DNA of 64,000 nucleotides from positions 412 through 64,411 of the forward strand of contig JADJIV010000022.1 of NCBI GenBank assembly GCA_016706845.1, written 5' to 3'. The first letter of the stretch is position 1. Each line of letters opens with the position of its first letter. Position numbers and translations under genes: made by a program. The notes below the pieces were generated by a model. That model made no database searches, was not told the DNA's origin, and was given only the letters and a program-made list of their open reading frames with translations. The DNA comes from a bacterium (lineage in GTDB: Bacteria; Krumholzibacteriota; Krumholzibacteriia; LZORAL124-64-63). This document shows positions 54,615 through 64,000 of the stretch, one piece after another.

Positions 54615-57311
54615 CTACTGGACCAACCCCCGCTTCCAGTCCGTCACCAGGTGCAGATACGAGACCTCGGAGCGGAAGGAGGGGTCGGCCCCCGTCTGGA
54701 GGATCCGCTTCCCGTCCGGGTGCAGGTCGTAATAGCTGCCGCCGGCATCGGGGGAGGCGACCTTCTGCGTCCGGCGGAACTTGCCCACGCGGAAGGTCTG
54801 GCCGGCGCCGTCGACGTCGTAGGCGTGGAGATCGCCGCTGAACCGGACGACCCACAGCTCGGTGCCGTCGCGGCTCCACTTCGGGTAGACGGCGCCGTCG
54901 CTGGTGACCTGCCACTTGCGCGCGCCGCCGGTCGCGGGGATCACGAAGATGTCCCAGCCGGCGGCGCTCTCGGTGTGGTAGGCGATCCAGCGGTTGTCGG
55001 GCGAGTACACGCCGCCGCCCAGGTTGGTCCCGGCCGCCGTCGCCAGGGTCGTCATCGCGCCGCCGGCGTCCAGGGACAGCCGCCGCAGCTCGAACTTCCC
55101 GTCCTCGCGCTCGAAGTCCAGCAGGACGGCGCGGTCCCCCGCCGCCACGCCGGTGACCGCGATCTCGCGCGCCGCCTCCAGCAGGACGGCGGCGCCGCCC
55201 TGCCCCTCCACGGGCTGCTGCATGATGCGGAAGCTCCCGCCCTCCTTGGACTCGTAGAACACGGACTCCCCCGTCGGCGACCAGCAGGCCCGGATCTCGT
55301 CGCCGGGCGCGAACGTGAACCGCGTCCGCAGGCCCGTCTCCAGGTCGACGAGCCACAGGTCGGTGCCCTCGTTCGAGGCGTTGCGCACCTCGACGACCGC
55401 GCGCTTCCCGTCCGGGGCGATCGCCGGGTGGTAGATCTGGCCGAGATCGCCCAGGGGCTGCGAGCTGCCGTCCTCGATGTCCGTCCACGACAGCACCTGG
55501 CTGGCCTCGGCCGAGGCCCCCGTCTGGAAGGCCAGCATGCCCATCGGCGAGGGGCTGAACAGCCCGACCACCGCCCCCTGCAGGGTCAGGATGTTGTCCA
55601 CCAGCGGCGCGCCGCCCGCGGTCGCGCTCTTCTGGTCGGGCGTGAAGGGCGTCGCCATCAGCACGTTCTCGCGCACCGTCAGCAGGTAGCCGTCGACGTA
55701 GTCCGCGTGGGCCTGCGACGTCGCGATGATCCGCGGGACGACGGTCGTGTCCAGGTTCGCCAGGAACACGGTGTTGTCCTGATCGCTGCTGGTCGAGCGT
55801 CCGATGAAGAGGAACTCCCGGCCACCGGGCAGGAACCGGGGATGCCGGTGGGAGTTGTGGTCAGGGCCGACGGCGGTGATCCGGACCGGCTCGCCGCCGA
55901 TCTCCGGCACCCTGAAGATGCCGGTGTCGGCCCCGCGGGCGAAGATGATGTCGCCGCGATCGTTCCAGGAGCCGCCCTTGACGTTGTCCGCCGTGCAGAG
56001 GGTGACCGGCGGCCCGCCGGCCACGGCGATCTTCTTGAGCTTCTTGCCGTCCGCGTCGAAGAAGCCGATGAACCTGTCGTCGGGGGACCAGAACGGGTAC
56101 GCGGCGCTCTCGGTCCCGGACAGGGCGACGGACTCGCCCTGGTCGAGGTGCCGCAGGTACAGACGGGTCACGCCGTCGGCGTCGGTGGCGGTGAACGCCA
56201 GCATCGTGCCGTCGGGAGACAGGGCCGCCGGACCCGGGTTCGTGGAGTTGAGTTCGTAGTCGGTGATCCCCGGCGGGGGGATCATGGCGTGCAGGACCGG
56301 CGCCGGCGCCGGCCGGGCCAGCACCTTCCAGCCCACCAGCGTGCCCGCCAGCAGGCCCGCGACCGCCAGGCCCGCCAGCAGGAGCGCCGGCGTCCGGGCG
56401 CGGGCGGGCTCGCCGGACGAGGCCGTCAGCCCCAGGTGCGAGAAGCTCAGGTGCGAGCCGCTGGCGTCGCCGTCCTGCAGGAAGATGCGGGCCTCACCGA
56501 TGTCGCGCAGCCGCTGCTTGGGATTGCGCTCCAGGCAGCGCTCGATCAGCCGGCACAGGGCCGGCGCCTCGGCGACCGGCAGGGTATCCCACTCCGGTTC
56601 GGCGCGCAGCACCGCGGCCAGCGTGTCGCTGGTGGTCTCGCCGAGGAAGAGCCGCTTGCCCGTCAGCATCTCGAACAGGATCACCCCGAACGCCCAGATG
56701 TCGGCGCGCCGGTCCACGCTGCCGCCGCGGGCCTGCTCCGGGCTCATGTAGGCGGCCGTGCCCAGGATGGCGCCCGCCTGACTCAGAGCGGCGGTGATGG
56801 TGGGCGTCATCGACGACTCGCTCTGACGGGCGCCGTCGCCGAACCAGGCCTGGGCCAGGCCGAAGTCCAGGATCTTGATCTCGCCCTCGGTGGTCTCCAT
56901 GATGTTGGCCGGCTTGAGGTCGCGGTGCACGATGCCGTTCTCGTGAGCCGCTTCCAGGCCCGCGGCGATCTGGCGGGCGATGTTCAGGGCCTCGGCGATC
57001 GGCACGGGACCCGCGCTCATCCGCTCGGTCAGCTCGGAGCCCGACACCAGTTCCATCACCAGGAAGCGCAACCCATCCGCCTCCTCGAAGCCGTAGACCG
57101 AGGCCACGTTGGGGTGCTGCAGGCTGGCCAGGGCGCGCGCCTCGCGCTGGAAGCGGGCTTCGCGCTCCGGATCGCCGTTCAGCTCGACCGGGAGGATCTT
57201 GATGGCCACGTCGCGGCCCAGCTTGGTGTCCCGGGCGCAGAAGACCTCGCCCATGCCGCCCTTGCCGAGCAGGCTCTTGATCTCATAGTGCAGCAATGAC
57301 TTGCCGATCAT
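54615..57311 (-). CDS. Ser/Thr protein kinase fused through a transmembrane segment to a TolB-like (PD40 repeat) beta-propeller
   Basis: 898-aa ORF. LGKGGMGEVF, AIKIL, HRDLKPANIM, DFGLA, SPEQ. TM segment LLLAGLAVAGLLAGTLVGW. Repeated SPDG/APDG PD40-type motifs follow. AGAGGGA SD. Confidence 0.88.
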   Translation of the reverse strand: MIGKSLLHYEIKSLLGKGGMGEVFCARDTKLGRDVAIKILPVELNGDPEREARFQREARALASLQHPNVASVYGFEEADGLRFLVMELVSGSELTERMSAGPVPIAEALNIARQIAAGLEAAHENGIVHRDLKPANIMETTEGEIKILDFGLAQAWFGDGARQSESSMTPTITAALSQAGAILGTAAYMSPEQARGGSVDRRADIWAFGVILFEMLTGKRLFLGETTSDTLAAVLRAEPEWDTLPVAEAPALCRLIERCLERNPKQRLRDIGEARIFLQDGDASGSHLSFSHLGLTASSGEPARARTPALLLAGLAVAGLLAGTLVGWKVLARPAPAPVLHAMIPPPGITDYELNSTNPGPAALSPDGTMLAFTATDADGVTRLYLRHLDQGESVALSGTESAAYPFWSPDDRFIGFFDADGKKLKKIAVAGGPPVTLCTADNVKGGSWNDRGDIIFARGADTGIFRVPEIGGEPVRITAVGPDHNSHRHPRFLPGGREFLFIGRSTSSDQDNTVFLANLDTTVVPRIIATSQAHADYVDGYLLTVRENVLMATPFTPDQKSATAGGAPLVDNILTLQGAVVGLFSPSPMGMLAFQTGASAEASQVLSWTDIEDGSSQPLGDLGQIYHPAIAPDGKRAVVEVRNASNEGTDLWLVDLETGLRTRFTFAPGDEIRACWSPTGESVFYESKEGGSFRIMQQPVEGQGGAAVLLEAAREIAVTGVAAGDRAVLLDFEREDGKFELRRLSLDAGGAMTTLATAAGTNLGGGVYSPDNRWIAYHTESAAGWDIFVIPATGGARKWQVTSDGAVYPKWSRDGTELWVVRFSGDLHAYDVDGAGQTFRVGKFRRTQKVASPDAGGSYYDLHPDGKRILQTGADPSFRSEVSYLHLVTDWKRGLVQ

Positions 57312-57415
57312 GTCGTCCCTCTTGGTTCGGGATCCCGCAGCATATCACCGTGATTGGGTTATTTAGGATATATTCAATCCTGTATATCCGCTCTCATTGG
57401 CGGTCGGTGACCGTG

Positions 57416-57450
<35 letters not shown>

Positions 57451-57519
57451 ATGGCCATGCAGCAAAATCAAAACTGCGACTTTCAATTTTTCACACAGCG
57501 CCGGGCGCCCCCTCTGCTG

Positions 57520-58743
57520 TCAGGCGGAGCGCGTCGCCGCGCGCAACACGAAGTAGCCGGCCACTCCGGACACCAGCGACCCGACCAGGATGCCGAGGCG
57601 CTCGAGCCCCCGGAACGACGCACCGTCCTGCTCGAAGGCCAGCGAGGCGATGAACAGGCTCATCGTGAAGCCGATGCCGCACAGCAGGGCGATGCCGAAC
57701 ATCTGCCGCCAGCCGGCGCCGTCGGGCAGCGAGGCGAGACCGGCGCGCGTCGCCAGCCAGCTGAACGACAGCACGCCGGCCAGCTTCCCGAACAGCAGGC
57801 CGGCCGCGATCCCCAGCGGCACGGGGTGGACCATGTCGGCGGGCGCGAGGCCCGCGAGCGGGACGCCGGCGTTGGCGAAGGCGAACACGGGCAGGACGCC
57901 GTAGGCCACCCAGGGGTGCAGCGCGTGCTCGAGATGGCGCAGGGGCGGCTCGGCGCCCGGCGTCCGTCCGGGCCGCGACGATGCGCGCAGCGGGATGGCC
58001 ATCGCCAGCACGACCCCCGCCAGCGTCGCGTGCACGCCGGACTTCAGGACCGCCACCCACAGCGGGATGCCGACCAGGATGTAGGCGGCGGGCCTCATCA
58101 CGCCCAGCCGGTTCAGCGCGACCAGGACGAGGATCAGACCGCCCGCGACGCCCAGCGACAGCGCGGACAGTTCGGCCGTGTAGAACAGGGCGATCACGAT
58201 GATGGCCCCGAGATCGTCGAAGATCGCGACGCTCAGCAGGAAGGCCTTCAGCGCGACCGGCACCCGCCGGCCCAGCAGCGACAGGACGCCCAGCGCAAAC
58301 GCGATGTCCGTCGCGGTCGGGATGGCCCACCCCTTCATCGCCGCGGGATCGCTCCGGTTCAGCGCCATGTAGATGAGCGCCGGCATCAGCATGCCGCCCG
58401 CCGCGGCGAAGGCCGGCAGGCTCGCGCGCCGCGGGCTCGACAGGTGCCCCTCCAGCACCTCGCGCTTCAGCTCCAGGCCGACGAGGAAGAAGAACACCGC
58501 CATCAGGCCGTCGTTGATCCACAGCAGCAGCGGCTTGGCGATCTTGAAGGTGCCGGCGCTGACCGCCAGCGGGAGGTCCAGCAGCGCGGCGTAGCGGCCG
58601 GCGAGCGGCGAATTGCCGACCACGAGCGCCAGCAGGGTCGCCGCCATGAGGATCAGGCCGCCGGCGGACTCCAACTGCAGGAAGTCCTGGAGCGGCTGCA
58701 GGAGGCCGTCGCGAAGCGGCGGTGTTCCGGGCTTCCGGGACAT
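57520..58743 (-). CDS. nhaA: Na+/H+ antiporter NhaA
   Basis: 407-aa [25 protein letters not shown]...[21 protein letters not shown]...[21 protein letters not shown]...AIFDDLGAI. Confidence 0.92.
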   Translation of the reverse strand: MSRKPGTPPLRDGLLQPLQDFLQLESAGGLILMAATLLALVVGNSPLAGRYAALLDLPLAVSAGTFKIAKPLLLWINDGLMAVFFFLVGLELKREVLEGHLSSPRRASLPAFAAAGGMLMPALIYMALNRSDPAAMKGWAIPTATDIAFALGVLSLLGRRVPVALKAFLLSVAIFDDLGAIIVIALFYTAELSALSLGVAGGLILVLVALNRLGVMRPAAYILVGIPLWVAVLKSGVHATLAGVVLAMAIPLRASSRPGRTPGAEPPLRHLEHALHPWVAYGVLPVFAFANAGVPLAGLAPADMVHPVPLGIAAGLLFGKLAGVLSFSWLATRAGLASLPDGAGWRQMFGIALLCGIGFTMSLFIASLAFEQDGASFRGLERLGILVGSLVSGVAGYFVLRAATRSA

Positions 58744-58851
58744 GGGCTGGTCCTTCCGATGGCGATCGTTCCAGGCCCGGATACATTAACCCCGGACCGG
58801 ACATCATCGCCACGATCGCGGCGCGTCCACGGCCCGAACGGGACAGGCCGC

Positions 58852-59973
58852 CTACCCCCTCGCCCCCTCCCGCCGGAACGCCAGCACCGCCCCCCCGAAC
58901 GCCGCCGCCCCCATCCCCAGCAGCGTCAGCAGCTCGCCGCGCAGGTCCGCGAGGCCCGCGCCGCGCAGCAGCACGCCCCGCACGATGTCCATGAAGTACC
59001 GCATCGGATTCACGCGCGTCATCCACTGCGCCCACTGCGGCATGTTGTCGACGGGGAAGAAGAACCCGCTGAGCATGATGGCGAACACCAGGAAGAACCA
59101 GACCGTGAACATCGCCTGCTGCTGCGTGTTCGAGGCCGCCGAGGCCAGCAGGCCCAGGCCCAGGGTCACCAGCAGGTAGGCCAGCACGCCCAGCAGCAGC
59201 ACCCACGGCGAGCCCAGCATCGGCACGTGGAACCACAGGCGCGCGAACGTCGTGGCCAGCGCCAGGTCCACCAGCGCGATCAGCCCGAACGGCAGCGTCT
59301 TGCCCACCACGTACTGCAGCGGCGTCAGCGGCGTGACCAGGACCTGGTCGAGGGTGCCCAGCTCCTTCTCCCGCACCACGGCCATGCCGGTGGCCAGGGC
59401 GGAGATGATCGTCACCAGCATGACGATCACCCCGGGCACCATGAACAGGCGGCTCTCCAGCTCGGGATTGTAGAGGAACCTCACGACGGCCTCGACCCGG
59501 GGCGCCGGGGCGCCCGCGCCCGCCTGCGCCGCCGCGTAGCGCGTCGCCTCCTGCATCACGACGGTCCCGGCGTAGCCGGCGCCGCGGCCGGCGAGGCTGC
59601 TGTTGGTCCCGTCGACGTCGATGCCCAGCGAGGGCGCGCGCCCGGCCAGGGCGTCGCGCTCGAAGCCCGCCGGCACGCGCACCGCCAGGTCGCAGGCCCC
59701 GGCCCGCAGCAGGGAATCCAGCTCGTCGCCGTCGCGGGCCGCGGGCCCCGGCACGAAGACGTCCGAGGCAGGGAAGGCGTCCATGACGGCGCGGCTCAGC
59801 GCGGTGCGGTCCTCGTCCAGCGTGGCGACGCGCACGTTGCGCAGGTCGTTGTTCAGCGCGTACGAGAGCACCAGCAGCTGGAAGATCGGCAGCGCGAACA
59901 CGACCCGCAGCAGGGCGGTGTCGCGCCGCAGCTGCAGGAACTCCTTGCGCACCAGGCATCGCAGCGCTCTCAC
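58852..59973 (-). CDS. ABC-2 type transporter permease (YbhS/YbhR-like)
   Basis: 373-aa ORF. MRALRCLVRKEFLQLRRDTALL..., a large periplasmic loop, then REKELGTLDQVLVTPLTPLQYVVGK and five further TM segments. Confidence 0.82.
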   Translation of the reverse strand: MRALRCLVRKEFLQLRRDTALLRVVFALPIFQLLVLSYALNNDLRNVRVATLDEDRTALSRAVMDAFPASDVFVPGPAARDGDELDSLLRAGACDLAVRVPAGFERDALAGRAPSLGIDVDGTNSSLAGRGAGYAGTVVMQEATRYAAAQAGAGAPAPRVEAVVRFLYNPELESRLFMVPGVIVMLVTIISALATGMAVVREKELGTLDQVLVTPLTPLQYVVGKTLPFGLIALVDLALATTFARLWFHVPMLGSPWVLLLGVLAYLLVTLGLGLLASAASNTQQQAMFTVWFFLVFAIMLSGFFFPVDNMPQWAQWMTRVNPMRYFMDIVRGVLLRGAGLADLRGELLTLLGMGAAAFGGAVLAFRREGARG

Positions 59974-59977
59974 GCGT

Positions 59978-61074
59978 TCACTCCAGTCTGAGGCGGAAGC
60001 TGCGGACCGCGAGGGTCAGCAGCACCGCCGCCATGACGACCAGCGCCGCGGTCTGCAGCGGGAACCAGCTCTGGCCCTTCAGCATGATGCCGCGCAGCAC
60101 CACCAGGAAGTGCGTGGCCGGCAGCAGGCGGCAGACGACCTGCAACGGCCCCGGCATGCTGGCGATCGGGAACACGAAGCCCGACAGGATCATCGTCGGC
60201 AGCATGGTGACCATCAGCGCGGCCATCATCGCCACGCGCAGGCTCGGCGAGCGGGCCGAGATCAGCAGCCCCAGCGACAGCGCGATGACGATGAACAGCA
60301 GGCAGTAGGCGGCCAGCAGCCACCAGGAGCCGGCCATCGGCACGCCGAAGACCCACTTGCCGGCCAGCAGCACCATCGTGCAGACCAGCGCGCCCAGCGC
60401 CACGTAGGGCAGCACCTTGCCCGCGATCACCTGCGCCGGCGTCACCGGCGTCGTCAGGATCTGCTCGAGGGTGCCGGTCTCCTTCTCGCGCGTGATGGCG
60501 ATGCTGGTCAAGAGCGCGCAGATCATCATCAGCACCAGCGCCACCAGGCCCGGCACCACGAAGCGCGCGCTGACCAGTTCGGGGTTGAACCAGACCCGCG
60601 TGCGGGCGTCGAAGGGGGCCGCGAGGCCCGCCTCGCGCAGCAGGTCCCGGTTGACCAGCGCGACCACGGCCTGCAGGTAGTTGGCGACCGTGGCCGCGGT
60701 CGAGGCGTCGGCGCCGTCGACCAGGACCTGGACCCGCGCCTCGCCGCGCGCGAGGTCCCCGCCGTAGCCGCGCGGCACCACCAGCGCGGCCTGCAGGCGC
60801 CCCTGTCGGAAGCCGGCCTCGATCGCCTCGCGCCGTCCAGGCGCTCCGCCGCGACGATGAAGCCGCTGGAGGTCATCGCGCGCACCAGCTCGCGGCTGCG
60901 GTCGCTGCGGTCGAGATCGAGCACGCCCACCTTCAGGTCGCGCAGCTCCATGTCGATGACCGCGCCGTAGAGCAGCACCATCGTCAGGGGCATCAGCAGC
61001 GCCACGGCCAGGCTGCGCCGGTCGCGCAGGATGTGCAGGAACTCCTTGCCGGCCATCGCCAGGATCCGGTTCAT
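59978..61074 (-). pseudogene. ABC-2 type transporter permease (second copy), one frameshift as assembled
   Basis: ORF 60529..61074 begins MNRILAMAGKEFLHILRDRRSLAV...SSGFIVAAERLDG. After about 60829-60836 the sequence continues in the frame of ORF 59978..60781: REAIEAGFRQGRLQAALVVPRGYGG...REKETGTLEQILTTPVTPAQVIAGK... Confidence 0.75.
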
Positions 61075-61799
61075 GCGTCCACCAGCCTCAGGAAGACATC
61101 CTGCATGTCGGCGCCTCCGGTGCGGGCCTTCAGGCCCGACGGGGTGTCCAGGGCCACGATCCCGCCCTGGACCATGATCGAGACGCGGCCGCAGTACTCG
61201 GCCTCGTCCATGTAGTGCGTGGTGACGAAGACCGTGACCCCGGCCGCGGCCTGCTCGTAGATCAGGTCCCAGAAGCCGCGCCGCGCGACGGGGTCCACGC
61301 CGCCGGTGGGCTCGTCCAGGAACAGCACCCGCGGGCGGTGGGCCAGGGCGCAGCCCAGCGACAGCCGCTGCTTGTAGCCCAGGGGCAGCGAGCCGGTCAG
61401 CCGGCCGCGCTCGGCGTCGAGGCCCAGCCGCGGCAGCAGCTCGTCGGCCCGCGCCGCCAGTTCCGCGCGCCCGAGCCCGTACACGCCGCCGAAGAATTGC
61501 AGGTTCTCCAGCACCGTCAGGTCCTCGTAGAGGCTGAAGCGCTGGCTCATGTAGCCGATGCGCCGCTTGAGCGCCGCGGTGTCGCGCCCCACGCGGCAGC
61601 CGGCGACGCGGGCCTCGCCCCCGCTGGGCGGCAGCAGCCCGCAGAGCATGCGGATCGCCGTGGTCTTGCCGGCGCCGTTGGCGCCCAGGAAGCCGAAGAT
61701 CTCGCCGGGCATGACGTCCAGATCGAGCGACGCGACGGCCGTGAAGTCGCCGAAGCGCCGCGTCAGCCCGCGGGCGAACACCGCCGCCTCCCCGCTCAC
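61071..61799 (-). CDS. ABC transporter ATP-binding protein
   Basis: 242-aa ORF. FLGANGAGKTT (Walker A), LFLDEPTGGVD (Walker B). The stop overlaps the permease start (ATGA). Confidence 0.88.
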   Translation of the reverse strand: MSGEAAVFARGLTRRFGDFTAVASLDLDVMPGEIFGFLGANGAGKTTAIRMLCGLLPPSGGEARVAGCRVGRDTAALKRRIGYMSQRFSLYEDLTVLENLQFFGGVYGLGRAELAARADELLPRLGLDAERGRLTGSLPLGYKQRLSLGCALAHRPRVLFLDEPTGGVDPVARRGFWDLIYEQAAAGVTVFVTTHYMDEAEYCGRVSIMVQGGIVALDTPSGLKARTGGADMQDVFLRLVDA

Positions 61800-62749
61800 G
61801 GCGTCGCCTCCCCGCCGGCGGGCGCCGCCATCAGCTCCACGAACGCGTCCTCGATGCCCGGCGCGACCGGGTGCAGCCCGACGTCGAGGCCCTCCAGCAG
61901 CCGCGCGACCGCCTCGGCCTGCGCCGCGTCGTCGTGCACCACGTGCAGCCGGTCGCCGTAGCGGTGGACCTTCACGCCCGGCCGGGGCGCGGCCGCCAGG
62001 CGCGCCAGGGCTTCGGGCAGACCCGCGCCGCGCACCTCCAGCAGGCGGCGAGGGAAGGCCGCCGCCACTTCGTCCGGGGTCCCGCGGGCGATGGCCCGGC
62101 CCTCGTGCATCAGCACGACGTCGTCGCAGAGGCCGGCCTCGTCCATGTACGGGGTGCTGACCAGCAGGGCGAGGCCGCGGCCGGCCAGCTCGCGCAGGAT
62201 GCGCCAGAACTCGCGCCGGCTGACCGGGTCGACGCCGGTGGTGGGCTCGTCGAGCACCAGCACCTCGGGGGTGTGGATCAGCGTGCAGCTGAGGGCCAGC
62301 TTCTGCTTCATGCCGCCCGACAGCTGGCCCGCGCGGCGCCCGCGGAACGGGCCGAGCCGGCTGAACTCCATCAGCTCGGCCTCGCGGCGCACCCGCTCGG
62401 CCGCCGGCACGCCGTAGAGGTCGGCGAAGAAGCGCAGGTTCTCCGCGACGGTCAGGTCCGGGTAGAGGCTGAAGCGCTGGGGCATGTAGCCGAGCCGCTC
62501 GCGCACGGCGCGGGGCTCGCGCGCGCTGTCGCGACCGAGCACGCGCACGAAGCCGGCGTCGGGCCGCAGCAGGCCGCAGATGATGCGCATGGTCGTGGTC
62601 TTGCCGGCGCCGTCGGGGCCGATCAGACCGCAGATGCGCCCGGACGCCACGGCGAGGTCCAGGCCGCGGACCGCGGACCGCGCCCCGTAACCCTTGTGCA
62701 GGCCCTCGACCAGGATGGCGGGGGCGCTCTTGCCGGCCGGTCCCGTCAC
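61796..62749 (-). CDS. ABC transporter ATP-binding protein (second ATPase of the same system)
   Basis: 317-aa ORF. LIGPDGAGKTT, LSGGMKQKL, LVLDEPTTGVD. 4-nt overlaps at both ends. Confidence 0.88.
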   Translation of the reverse strand: MTGPAGKSAPAILVEGLHKGYGARSAVRGLDLAVASGRICGLIGPDGAGKTTTMRIICGLLRPDAGFVRVLGRDSAREPRAVRERLGYMPQRFSLYPDLTVAENLRFFADLYGVPAAERVRREAELMEFSRLGPFRGRRAGQLSGGMKQKLALSCTLIHTPEVLVLDEPTTGVDPVSRREFWRILRELAGRGLALLVSTPYMDEAGLCDDVVLMHEGRAIARGTPDEVAAAFPRRLLEVRGAGLPEALARLAAAPRPGVKVHRYGDRLHVVHDDAAQAEAVARLLEGLDVGLHPVAPGIEDAFVELMAAPAGGEATP

Positions 62750-63630
62750 GGCAGGCGCGCTTCCGCCGGCATGCCGACGTGCAGCCGGCCGTCGGGATTG
62801 GCGACGCTCAGCTTGACGGCGTGCACGAGCTGGGCGCGGGCGTTGCGGGTCTGCGCGTTCTTGGGCGTGAACTCCGCCTCCTCGCTGATCCAGGCGACGC
62901 GGCCGGCGAAGGCCTCGCCGGGCAGCGCGTCCACGCTGACCGGCAGCTCCTGCCCCAGGCGCACGCGGGCCAGGTCCGGCGCCTCGAGGAAGACCCGCAG
63001 TTCGAGGCGCGTGAGGTCGGCTAGCCGCAGCGCCGTGCGGCCGGCGGCGGCCACCTCGCCGGGCTCCAGGCTGCGCGTCAGCACCGTGCCTTCCAGCGGG
63101 GACAGCAGCACGCCCTCGCGCAGCTGGCGGTCCAGGACCGCCAGGCCCGCCTCGAGGCGCACCGTCTCGGCGTCCAGGGCGGCGATGCGTGCGCGGGCCC
63201 CCTCGATGCGGTCGTCGGCCACGTCGCGCTGGGCGGCGAGGTCGTCGACGCGCTGGCGCGTGGCGCTGCCCTGCGCCAGCAGCGCCTCGGCGCGCTCGAG
63301 CGTGGTCGCCGCGAGCGCGCGCTGGCGGCGGGTCTGCTCCAGGTCGGCCGTCGCGGCGCGCCGCTCGGCCTGCAGGCTCTCGCGGCGGGCGGCGGTCTCG
63401 GCGCGCTGCAGGGCGATCAGCTCGGTGTCCAGGACCACCAGCGTGTCGCCGCGCGCGACGAGCTGCCCCTCCGTGCAGTTGACGGCCAGCGCGCGCCCGG
63501 CGATCACCGGCGCGACGTCGACGACCGTGGCTTCGAAGGTGCCGGACGGATCGGGCAGCGGCTTGCCGCCGCAGCCGGCCAGCGCGGCGAGGCAGGCGAG
63601 CGCGATCGTGGGGGTGGCGGTGCGGTTCAT
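62746..63630 (-). CDS. HlyD/YbhG-like periplasmic adaptor (membrane fusion protein), lipoprotein
   Basis: 294-aa ORF. IALACLAALAGCGG lipobox, coiled-coil-rich middle (LQRAETAARRESLQAERRAATADLEQ...), C-terminal beta-barrel block ...FTPKNAQTRNARAQLVHAVKLSV. Confidence 0.82.
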   Translation of the reverse strand: MNRTATPTIALACLAALAGCGGKPLPDPSGTFEATVVDVAPVIAGRALAVNCTEGQLVARGDTLVVLDTELIALQRAETAARRESLQAERRAATADLEQTRRQRALAATTLERAEALLAQGSATRQRVDDLAAQRDVADDRIEGARARIAALDAETVRLEAGLAVLDRQLREGVLLSPLEGTVLTRSLEPGEVAAAGRTALRLADLTRLELRVFLEAPDLARVRLGQELPVSVDALPGEAFAGRVAWISEEAEFTPKNAQTRNARAQLVHAVKLSVANPDGRLHVGMPAEARLP

Positions 63631-63646
63631 GATCTCTCCCGTGCGG

Positions 63647-64000
63647 TTAGCGGCCGAGGGTCCAGAGCAGCGTCGCCTCGGCGAGGCGCTGCCGCGTGCG
63701 GACCAGGGACAGTTCGAATTCGGCGGCGGTCACGTCGTCCAGGGCGTCGAGGTACTCGCTCTCGCTGGCGTCCGCGCGCTCGTAGCGCGCGCCGACCAGC
63801 TCGCCGATGTTCCGGGCCAGGTCGACGCGTTCGGACGCCCGCGCCAGTTCCTCGCGGGCGAGCGCCAGGTCCCGCGACGCCGTCGCCTGCGCGGCGGTGA
63901 CGGCCTCCTGCAGGTCGCGGCTTCGGGCCTCCGCCTGGCGGGAGCGCGCTTCGGCCTGCGCCGCCCGCTGCCGGCGGGCGCCGCCGTCCCACAGGGGCCA
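63647..64000 (-). CDS. TolC-family outer-membrane efflux protein, C-terminal fragment (5' end outside the window)
   Basis: Not in the track in this frame. My reverse translation of 64000-63647 gives WPLWDGGARRQRAAQAEARSRQAEARSRDLQEAVTAAQ...ESEYLDALDDVTAAEFELSLVRTRQRLAEATLLWTLGR, then TAA (63647-63649). This is a typical TolC repeat ending. The track ORF 63627..63992 is in a different frame and is Arg/Pro-rich. Confidence 0.7.
   Translation of the reverse strand, partial: WPLWDGGARRQRAAQAEARSRQAEARSRDLQEAVTAAQATASRDLALAREELARASERVDLARNIGELVGARYERADASESEYLDALDDVTAAEFELSLVRTRQRLAEATLLWTLGR

Noticed and set aside
63627-63992. Track ORF 63627..63992 (-, 121 aa) as the gene upstream of the HlyD-like gene
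   Set aside because: Its translation is Arg/Pro/Gly-rich. A different frame gives a typical TolC-family C-terminus ending at TAA 63647-63649, so that frame was annotated instead.

Overview
This is a GC-rich bacterial chromosomal segment (roughly two-thirds G+C by eye, not computed). It is almost fully coding, with about 47 protein genes. I recognised no rRNA, tRNA, CRISPR array, transposase or integrase.

Gene content, left to right:
- A truncated CpsD/CapB-like ATPase.
- A secreted PPC-domain protein.
- A bacterial topoisomerase VI pair (top6B, top6A) split by an M32 carboxypeptidase.
- An M48 protease, a NUDIX protein, a methyltransferase, and an mdh with a Lys/Ala-rich tail.
- An M14 carboxypeptidase with a T9SS-type C-terminal domain (CTD).
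- A translationally coupled CDGSH-YceI pair, then gdhA.
- An ECF sigma factor with a fused anti-sigma/vWA (YfbK-like) protein.
- pepD and an OmpA-like lipoprotein.
- A roughly 17-gene co-directional minus-strand array (21606-38969): M1 and M16 peptidases, tpiA, a YugP-like peptidase, a nucleoside-salvage trio (dNK, add, PNP), and a five-gene outer-membrane module. That module is a CTD cargo protein, a lipoprotein, a TonB-dependent-type barrel, a PorV/PorQ-like barrel and an NHL lipoprotein.
- An SGNH hydrolase convergent with ampG.
- Two APC permeases flanking an orphan motA-motB stator that has a strong sigma-28-like promoter.
- A dedA / GH13 / PNGase-F-like trio.
- A large beta-propeller CTD protein, a small secreted protein, a Ser/Thr kinase fused to a TolB-like propeller, and nhaA.
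- A YbhGFSR-like ABC-2 efflux operon with a TolC-like gene cut by the right edge.

Most notable observations:
1. The tightly coupled five-gene outer-membrane module is my best candidate for an undescribed envelope system.
2. Three unrelated small secreted proteins end in the same W-[GS]-x-[IV]-K-x-x-Y-(G)-R tail.
3. At least 17 single-nucleotide frameshifts disrupt 11 genes, six or more of them in one gene. Several of the better-resolved ones lie in short G/C runs. This points to consensus indel error, possibly mixed with real decay.
4. A 32-nt poly-G tract lies in an AT-rich intergenic region.

T9SS-type CTDs, a PorV-like gene and flagellar stator genes together suggest a high-GC FCB-group or Gemmatimonadota-like lineage. 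That is inference only. All products are assigned from motifs I can read in the translations; no database search was run.
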